Made by a program: the position numbers and the translations under genes. From positions 18,352,001 to 18,416,000 of the forward strand of contig CAIIXF020000001.1 of NCBI GenBank assembly GCA_903813345.2: a DNA stretch of 64,000 nt. The letters are read 5' to 3'. Under the pieces are notes generated by a model that was not told the DNA's origin, made no database searches, and saw nothing but the letters and a program-made list of their open reading frames with translations. Positions 55,901 through 64,000 of this stretch are shown here, one piece after another. This DNA comes from Owenia fusiformis (Eukaryota). Positions within the stretch are counted from its first letter, which is position 1; each line of letters starts with the position of its first letter.

Positions 55901-57526
55901 TCGATATTTAACGCCTTTTCAAAAATGTAGTTGTAAAAACATTTTGTTTTTAAATTGCTAAATGGTAGAGACATCATTCATCGTGTTTAAAGTATAATAA
56001 AGCAATTTGATGATGTACTAACTGTATTTAAAACACTGGTCTCATCTAATTGTTTTTTACAATGTTAACGAGTCCTTTGCCCTTTATCAACATGTCTACG
56101 ACCTGGAACGCATTCCGTAGTACTACGAATGATTCAGATTTACCATGGCCTTGAAATGGGGCCATTAATCTTAAAACACTGACTTTTATGTAGAAATAAT
56201 TGCAATCCGTGGATATAAATATCTCGTTTATAGCAGAAGTGTAGGTCAATGAGCCAGCTGATCGCTTGCGTGGAGAGTAGTTGAAGGTATGAGGGTATCA
56301 AGACATAATTGAAACTTTATTGTTTGTTTTCTTTAAATGGATATTAAGGCATATTCTTCATCTCTAAAATATTTTACATTGTGCCCCATCATTCCCAATC
56401 ATCGTGCACCTTTTTAGACGTCATATTTTATCAAAGTATTTCAAGTATTTCATTTTAGGAAACTTAAATAATGCCTTCATGAGTTGGGTAGGTTGGTATG
56501 GAACATTTTGAGGGATACTCGTAATCATATATAATAACTCTCTCAGCGTTTATAAGAAAACACAAGGGCAATATTCGAAATTAAAAAAAAACATTAATAA
56601 AATGAACTAAATTAAATCTGCAAACTTATGAAGATATCAGCTTTCGAAAGCCCCCATCCTCATTCCACATTTCTCATCAAATTATATTAAAACATTATTT
56701 TGACTAGAAGTCAGAAACCAAAAGTTTTTAATATCTATTGCTGGAATTGTACACGTTCAAACTGACAGCATTGAAATTGAATTTCTGAATATACAAAAGT
56801 TGCCTATTTCATTTGGAGGAAAATATTAAAATCCTTATTAAGATATCATTTCCAGAGTCTAATTTGCGGTCTCATTGTCGTCAGAAGCGATGGCTTTGTG
56901 CAAGTAATAATCTTCCTGAAAGCTTTTTAGATGAATTAACCTGAATGTTCCGTAAACCACCGCATGAAAAGAGACTTCTGCGATGTCTCAAACGATGTTG
57001 CATCGCTAAATCCTGACAAATGTCACTAGTCAGAAAAAGTCATAGCTCATCCTTAGATTAGACAATTGAGAAGTAGAATTTAATTTAAGTCCATTATTAC
57101 TGAAAGAGCCTCTCGTCGACCATTGGCTTTGATATAAGGGATTTCATAGGAGCTGGCATTCTCGATAGCAAGACAAATGGGACACTAGTAACTCCTCTCC
57201 CGATGCTCTTTATTCTAAGTTTAAACAATTCATTTAAAATGGAGTAGAATAAATAACATATGGGAGAATGCTGAACAAGTAATTCCTCATGATACAGTGA
57301 TTTGTTTATGATATTAGGCAAAGGTAGAAACACATTATGCGCCCACCCATTGACACACACCATGACCCCCTTCCCTCACTTCTCATCCTTCTGAGAAAAT
57401 GACCAAGTTTCACACCATCCCCTTGTAAACTATGCTTCCATCCTCTATTGTTTAACTCCCACGATTTATTTAAGTGACCTTGATTAATAAAGGGTATCTT
57501 AATTGTTTTGTTTCTAGTACTCAGCA

Positions 57527-57590
57527 CCCCCCCCCCCCCCTCCCCTCCTACAACTCCCCCCCCCCACCAACACACACATACACACACTCA
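57527..57590. repeat. Poly-C tracts followed by an imperfect (CA)n
   Basis: C14 at 57527, C10 at 57556, then cacacacatacacacactca. Confidence 0.85.
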
Positions 57591-57783
57591 TACCAACTTC
57601 TCGACGCCTTTCTTTGGAAAGCACGAAGATAAGTTAATATACACTCCCTTTAATAAGTTTGGCAACAAGAAACATTCAAAGACTTCCAGTTGCCAAACTT
57701 ATTGAGGGGAGTGTAGCAGAGTGTCACAAAAAACATCTAACACATGTTTTAGCAAATATGTAATCTTGCTACATAACATATAA

Positions 57784-57836
57784 CCCCCCCCCCTCCCCCC
57801 ATCTACTTCACCAACACAATACATGTATACATGTAT
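57784..57836. repeat. Poly-C tract plus (TACATGTA)2 palindrome
   Basis: C10-T-C6 at 57784-57800; atacatgtatacatgtat at 57819-57836. Confidence 0.75.
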
Positions 57837-59646
57837 ATGGGGGGCTCGCAATGGCTTTTAGCTAGACAGTAAACATAATGACTTTCAGGAGAAGTCTATC
57901 AGATCAGAGATGGGAAGTTTTTGAGATAACTCATCTAAAATTCACACTCATGAGAACGTCAGCTCGAGGCTCAAAGACCCTGGTGAATTACACAATTCTT
58001 GGTCAGTTATATGGTTATTGATGCTTCCTTATTTCCATATAGTGAATTGTACATTTCAACAATTATAAACTCATTATTCTCAACCTATCATAAACATGTA
58101 ATAAACAAAAGATGAATGAATCTCTTTCGTCAAATAAACAAAAGATGAAATGAGAATGCAAAAGTTGCTGCCAAACTCATGAAAAGGCTTGGAAAACAAA
58201 ATTTCCCGGGTCTACATTGCCCAAAGGGTATGATATCAATCATATATACTCACACTTGGTATTGACAGTGTTTGCAGCATCTAAAGAGAGTATTCGAAGT
58301 GTGGTAAAGACAGATCACAATTACATCTAATGCCCCACGGTTTATAATAAAATTGCCACGAAATACACCTGTTATTTTCAATTATTTCATTATATGGGGA
58401 CATTTATTTTTCGAACATATTTTTGACACAGCCATTGCTTCATTCTGAAAATGAATATCCCCAAATGAAATTCTGTAAAAGTTCAAAAAATATGTTCTAA
58501 AATAAATATTCCCAAATGACATTCTGCAAGTGTATGATAATGGTCGTGGTTTACTCTCTCAGCACTAACAAGTGGCAGATTTATGATAAGAATGACGTTT
58601 CCTGTAGGTACCCTTTCCAAAAGTCCGATCTTGCTTCTTTAGAAAAGAGAGCTTTATCTACATGTACTATAGGCACTGACAAGCAGAATGTGTTTCTCAA
58701 ATCATTACCATGTCCCCCCCCCTCTCCCCCAACGAATATGGAAAACGCTCAATAGATAGTTAGGGTCTCTGATTCATTGATCAATTGATCACTACAAATC
58801 TATTCTGAACCCCCTCCCAAAGCATATATTGCATTTCTGGATATACTGCGGGAGGGGTAGATACTTGGTGTAAGGCATGGGTTACGTAATGCCTATATAT
58901 CAAGATTTTTATGAACATGTCATCAAGAATTATTATTCAGTCGGATTAGCATACTCGCTCTTTCACCCTTATGTGATGCCTTGAGCTATTATATCGGTTC
59001 TATTCAGAGATGCGCACCTACAATACCCCTATTGTCACGGTCTTCTGGCATATTTGCATAGTGTCGCATTATCTATCTCATGTCAATTTTGGGGGTGGTC
59101 AATTATATGGCTATTAGTGCATAGTGTATCAGTGTACATATCTGTTGAGTCACTTTTATACTGGTCAAGTCAGGTGAAGAAGCAAAGAAAAACCCAGGAG
59201 ACTTTGACATTTTTTGGGATTCTTTTCACGGATATAAAAATACACAATACTTTTGTAAGTAATATATAGGATTTTAAACAGGTGATCTATCAATAATTAC
59301 GTTTTATTTTCAACGTCATTAGTTGTTGATAATTGATGTAGATATGTTTGCCAGGTGTAAAAAGATACAGGTATATCGTGTGTATTTTTTATCAGATGTG
59401 GAAGCTGATATATTGCTACATATTATCTTGGAACTAGACACTGCAATTATAAAAGAGTAATTTGTGTTGTTAAAAGTGAATCTCCCCGAGGGGAAACGTA
59501 GGGACGTATATACATGACCTATACGGTTATGGAGAGGTTCTTGTAGGTGGTCGCATCAGGTCAACAACATCAAAGGGTAGATTCCTGTTCAATTATATTG
59601 ATATGTATCTCATGTGCATGTGTTTTCTGATGACATGTAAGCTTAT

Positions 59647-59736
59647 CTAATAGTATTTGTATTTCCAGGCCAGGTAGACCCAGTGATTGGCCCGCATCCC
59701 ACGTGACGGTGATACCTGGAATGCTGACAGAACATC
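59647..59736 (+). promoter_or_regulatory. Splice acceptor and 5'UTR part of the first Hox3 coding exon, with inverted CCAAT box, E-box and TGACAG
   Basis: Branch-like CTAAT 59647, tatttgtatttccAG ending 59668, ATTGG 59686-59690, CACGTG 59700-59705, TGACAG 59725-59730. Confidence 0.65.
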
Positions 59737-60130
59737 ATGTCAATGACGTGCCAGAATGAAGTCAGTTTCGACATGCGAGAAATGGGAAAAGCATACCAGT
59801 ACGACTCTTCCGCTGGACAGCAGTATCAGGGCTATTATCCGAATGCCTACTCCTACGAGTCAGCGCCTCAGTACCAAGCAACGAACGATAACTACAGATC
59901 GTCCTGTGTCATGCAAAATCCGATGGTGAATACAGTAGGACAGATTGACTATCAGAACTCTTATATACACCCTAGCTCGTGTATGCAGAACATGGGCCCT
60001 AATCCATACCATATGCCCGGGTCACCACTCCCCCCGAACTCTCCGATCTACACAAAGGCGCACCAAGAGGTGTATCCGTGGATGAAGGAATCGAGACAAA
60101 ACTCCAAACAAAGAATACAGGCAATATCTG
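59737..60130 (+). CDS. Hox3: Hox3 coding exon 1 (N-terminal region plus hexapeptide). The conserved start may be ATG 59782 (MGKAYQYDSS).
   Basis: ORF contains EVYPWMKESRQNSKQ, the Hox3-type hexapeptide context (YPWM at 60073-60084). MGKAYQYD resembles the chordate Hox3 start MQKATYYD. The exon ends at a strong donor TCTG|GTAAGT (phase 1). Confidence 0.93.
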
Positions 60131-63100
60131 GTAAGTAAAATATCATACTCGGTATAAATAGTCACTTTAATGGAAAGTTTAAAACTTTTCAAAATGGAAA
60201 AAGTTAACATACTTTTAACTCATAGTTCCACCACCAGAGTGCATTGGTAGTCATTTGTTTCTACGTTGCCATATCAACCACTGCATTCAATTTAAGATGC
60301 AGTCGGTTATTGTTATTCTTCCTATATCTTGCTAATGAACGTAATTATATTCATAGCTTCCATTTTAGCTGGATATTTCATTTCCGGGTACCCTGCAAAA
60401 CATTTCTTAGGCGCTCTGTCATCGCATCAATCATGCGTTAGTGTGACATTCACATCGCACTGCCAGTGACTGGTACCGCTATGATCTGTACCTCTCCTGT
60501 CAGAACCAAACGTCACTTCACATGGGGCAAATTCAGGTTGGATTTCACTTTGGAATCTTATCATCAAATGACATCATCTTTACAACTTCCTTTTTAAAAA
60601 TATCATTTGGTAAAAAATATTTTGATTGATCGTTTAGGTTCATATAATTGTTATATTGTGTTTTTATGACTTGTTTTGTGAAAATGCCGAGTTGTTTTTG
60701 TTTAGGACTTGCCTGATGGGAATTTATAAATCAACTTCAAATATGTATTCTGTTGGTTCATAAATAATCTGATGTTAGCATGGATTAGATCTAGAAGTTA
60801 CAAAGCATGAATAATGTCCGGAAATGTCCGAGTTTACACATGTTGTAACACTACTATTTTAAACCTACTGCACGATATCAAACATCAAAGTGCTATGTTT
60901 GTTAAAGTGCACTGACACGCTTGACTTTTGACTCGCTCTAAAGTAATGAAAAGATAAAAAAAACATTTTTTGTTGATTAAATGATAGGTAGTCAGCCAAC
61001 CTGAAAACATTTTATAGAATAGAAGCATCGTTCTGTTGGATGCTTGCTATTGTCTACCTAATTTTTATGCATTTCCATTTCATTTATTTCATCTGTAACA
61101 CTACACAATAATATAAACATAGATTTTTTAGTTCCAATTCAATTCATTTTTCATCCCGAATAGATCAAAGGAGCCGTGTTAGTGATGATGCTGAAATGTG
61201 ACATGTTGTAATTATTCTCGACGATTAAAAACAAAATTAAAAAAGCTATATTGAACTGATGCGTGGCTTTTTGAGTAGGTGTTATCAAATAATAATGACG
61301 TAAATAATATTCACACTTTTAATCAAGCTAAGTGATCGTCCCTAGATCCTTAAGTTGATGAGCTTTTTAAATTCAGTTAGTTTCATTGTCTTGAGCGCCT
61401 GTTGGTTCAATTATTATTTAAAAACCACAAAATCTTCATGTTTCACAGTACAATGTTCTAAAACATTCAAAATACATTTTGGTCTCTTGAAGTCAGCTGT
61501 GTGTTAAGAGAGCGTTGTTTGCGTACCCCTTGCCCCACGTCACGTCATCTTACTCACGTTCTGAGATGATGGATGGTTTTCAGATTTTTGCAATCCTCGT
61601 CACCTTTTTATGCAAATCTTTATTTGCAAAACCTCCCTCTGAGTTTTATTGTTTACACAACAATACAATTACTATTTTAGTTTTTTCTTAATTTGACTTC
61701 TGCCCAGGTACAAGATTGTAATCTATTAGCAATGCTCTTATAACAAAAAGCATGCAAATATAATGATAAAAACATCTTCCAAAAGCATCCAGGGCATGTA
61801 ATCAACTCAGTATTAACTGTTAACAATAAAGACATAACGCAAATAATAGCTTTTACATTATTCATATCGGCTATACGTTATCAAACAATGTCTTGTAGGA
61901 TGGGCCTTGAATGTCGAAAATTGACTAAAATAACTTCGGATGTTGGAACGTACGGGGCGAATATTGTTCGAAAATGTAGTGCAGAAAAATGAAGAAAGAT
62001 GTCTCTCTCATTTCAAATAATTTTGAAAATAATTTCAAAGCAAATTATTTTTAACTCCATTTTAAACATGAAATGTATGAAATAGCATCGTGATTTTCGA
62101 TGATAATTGTCGAAGGGTGATGGAAGATTATTTGTATTTGGAATCCTGAACCAGGGAGGTGTTTTGTTAGAGCTCTCATGATTTTATTGTTGGACACTTC
62201 TATCAATAAAATAGTTTTGTTTATAAAACTGACAACTTCAAATCAAGAGCAAAGATACTGTACTAAAGTTATAAAAGAAAAAATTACAGATATGACATTT
62301 TAATTTTTACTTAGCTGAGATATGAGTTATCCCAAAGATCTTTTAATGGATTTACATGAATGTTGTTTAATCTATTGTGCATCTCCTGTATCTCATACTA
62401 CCTGGGCGCGACAGGTAATGCCTTTGATCTCATAACATCAAAGGCAACATCCATTCAGATATACTGGATATGTTTTGTTAAAAAATGAAGTATGAAATGA
62501 AACAATGGCGGACTAATACAATAGGAGGTGGTTTAGAAAGAGGCAGCTTGCAGGAAACAGGTTGATTCTTCACAAAGATACGATCTATTGTGATGCTAAA
62601 TACGACAATCACAACATCGTCCAGACATTTAAAATGTATGGTTACTACATACTATCATACTGCTGTCGGGTTTTATATTCGAACCTGGTGCAGTGGAGTA
62701 CATGACGTTAACATCAATTAAAAATAAAACAATATCAAAGTCAGCATAATAAATAGCAATTAAGAAAAGTCGAACGTGTGCATCTTTAAACCTATTGAAA
62801 TATATTAGTTCATACGGGTGGGCTCGTGTCTTTTCGTACTTAATGCACTGAACGACAAATTCGAAATGTCATTGGCCTTGCCCTTTTAATTGTAACAGTT
62901 TGACTCTTGGTAAAACTTTGGTAGTGATTCTCTTATACATGCATATTATATGATGTGATATTATGTGATGTTTTAATTATACATCTGGAATGCAAGTGTT
63001 GTACAAACTTCTATCCCTTCCCCCACCCTTCCTAAATGCCAAATGTGTTTATAAAGATGTTTACTCGATGTATGATTTAATACAATTGTTTGTGCAAGAA

Positions 63101-63151
63101 AATGTTGTCATGATTTTGACTTTAACAAGGTTTTTTCTTTGTGTTTTCCAG
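60131..63151 (+). other. Hox3: Hox3 intron (3021 bp, phase 1) between hexapeptide and homeobox
   Basis: GTAAGT donor at 60131 and acceptor ttttttctttgtgttttccAG ending 63151. Joining G+AA gives Glu and keeps the frame (...[14 protein letters not shown]...). This is the usual Hox intron position. Confidence 0.92.
62419..62446. promoter_or_regulatory. Inverted pair of TCF/LEF consensus sites in the Hox3 intron
   Basis: TGCCTTTGAT-ctcataac-ATCAAAGGCA is a perfect 10-bp inverted repeat. Both halves match CCTTTGATS. Confidence 0.55.
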
Positions 63152-63909
63152 AATTCGAACAACCAACGAAGCGTGCTCGAACGGCCTACACCAGTGCCCA
63201 ACTTGTGGAGCTGGAGAAAGAATTCCACTTCAATCGTTACCTCTGTCGCCCCAGGCGGATAGAGATGGCAGCCATGCTAAACCTTAGCGAGCGACAAATC
63301 AAGATCTGGTTCCAAAACAGACGCATGAAATACAAGAAAGAGCAGAAACAAAAGTCGACAGGGGGCGCTGAAATGTCACCTGAATGCGACAGTGACAATG
63401 AGATGTCGCCACTGTCGTCACCTTCTGGTATGAATGATTGTAACGGAGGAGGACAGATTACCCAGTTACCCCCGTCTGACTCTAATTGCCAGGCATTGCC
63501 CCCTGGGAACATAAATCAGTCGTGTGTAATCCAAAGCAACAACTCAATGGGCAATCAACAGCAAGTCAGTATTGATATTGGCAACATGGGTAACGGTATG
63601 TCTTTACCGGTTGACATTGATCAAAACAGATCTCAAAATAACACTGGGGTTGGATTAGACCAGGGTCAGTCCCCACTTGGCCAGCCTGCGAGTGGTCCTA
63701 TGGGGCAGCCAAGTACTCCTGTGGGAGCCTCCTTGGGACAGTCATATAACAACTCCAGGGGTACTCAACCACTTAGTCATCCGCCAAAGCAGTCATCCAT
63801 GAATTCCTGCTCGGTTGCCCCTTCCACTTACAACACATCTCAGGTCTCGTATTCCCAGCAGCAACAACAGCAGCAGCAGGACTATAACACAAAGCTGACA
63901 CATCTATGA
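63152..63909 (+). CDS. Hox3: Hox3 coding exon 2 (homeodomain and long C-terminal tail)
   Basis: [60 protein letters not shown] is a diagnostic paralogy-group-3 homeodomain. The protein ends TKLTHL-stop (TGA 63907-63909), like chordate Hox3 PKLTHL. Confidence 0.97.
63166..63345 (+). other. Hox3: Homeobox (60 codons, PG3 class)
   Basis: [30 protein letters not shown] and [13 protein letters not shown] motifs in the translation. Confidence 0.97.
63856..63879 (+). repeat. CAG/CAA repeat encoding Q8 near the Hox3 C-terminus
   Basis: cagcagcaacaacagcagcagcag. Confidence 0.9.
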
Positions 63910-64000
63910 GCACCAAGCATCTCCTAGATCTTATACATTGACTTTTTAATCATGACTCGTCAAACCGCATTTGATTGATCGCTAAAATCCATGTTTGTTC

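Noticed and set aside
203-59269. The many 60-118 aa ORFs in the supplied track
   Set aside because: No recognisable domains, compositions typical of translated AT-rich non-coding DNA, and many start at GTG/TTG, which is not the norm for eukaryotic genes.
60131-60138. ORF-track ending (GK-stop) of exon 1
   Set aside because: Read-through into the intron past the GTAAGT donor.
63139-63151. ORF-track start MCFPE for the homeobox ORF
   Set aside because: This is the intron polypyrimidine tract and acceptor. The exon starts at 63152.
63237-63512. Antisense ORF over the homeobox (also 60022-60210 and 62990-63262)
   Set aside because: Shadow frames of the Hox3 coding sequence.
63661-63666. CAGGGT miR-10-family seed match inside the Hox3 CDS
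   Set aside because: Only a 6-mer in coding sequence. Most of the 3'UTR lies outside the window, so targeting cannot be assessed.
1-64000. CRISPR arrays, operons, rRNA/tRNA genes, intact transposons
   Set aside because: The DNA is eukaryotic and intron-containing. I saw no regularly spaced repeats, structural RNA signatures, terminal repeats with target-site duplications or TE coding domains.

Overview
AT-rich, intron-containing animal (non-vertebrate bilaterian) genomic DNA from a Hox cluster. The only protein-coding gene I can support is a complete two-coding-exon Hox3 on the + strand: join(59737..60130,63152..63909), 383 aa, or 368 aa if started at ATG 59782. It has an MxKAxxYD N-terminus, a YPWM hexapeptide, a PG3 homeodomain, polyQ and a C-terminal KLTHL. 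The ~59.7 kb upstream is non-coding, with no second homeobox. It holds a miR-10-family hairpin of the miR-993 (Mir-10-P4) type on the opposite strand at ~27551-27609. It also holds a strong candidate ATG-free 5'UTR exon (32813-33008), ten full RFX X-box motifs, several Hox/Pbx + Meis site clusters and a few small repeats. TCF/LEF sites cluster around the Hox3 gene itself, including an inverted pair in the intron. The short ORFs in the supplied track are otherwise consistent with chance. The organism cannot be identified from sequence alone; a marine invertebrate such as a hemichordate is my tentative guess. All motif counts were made by eye.
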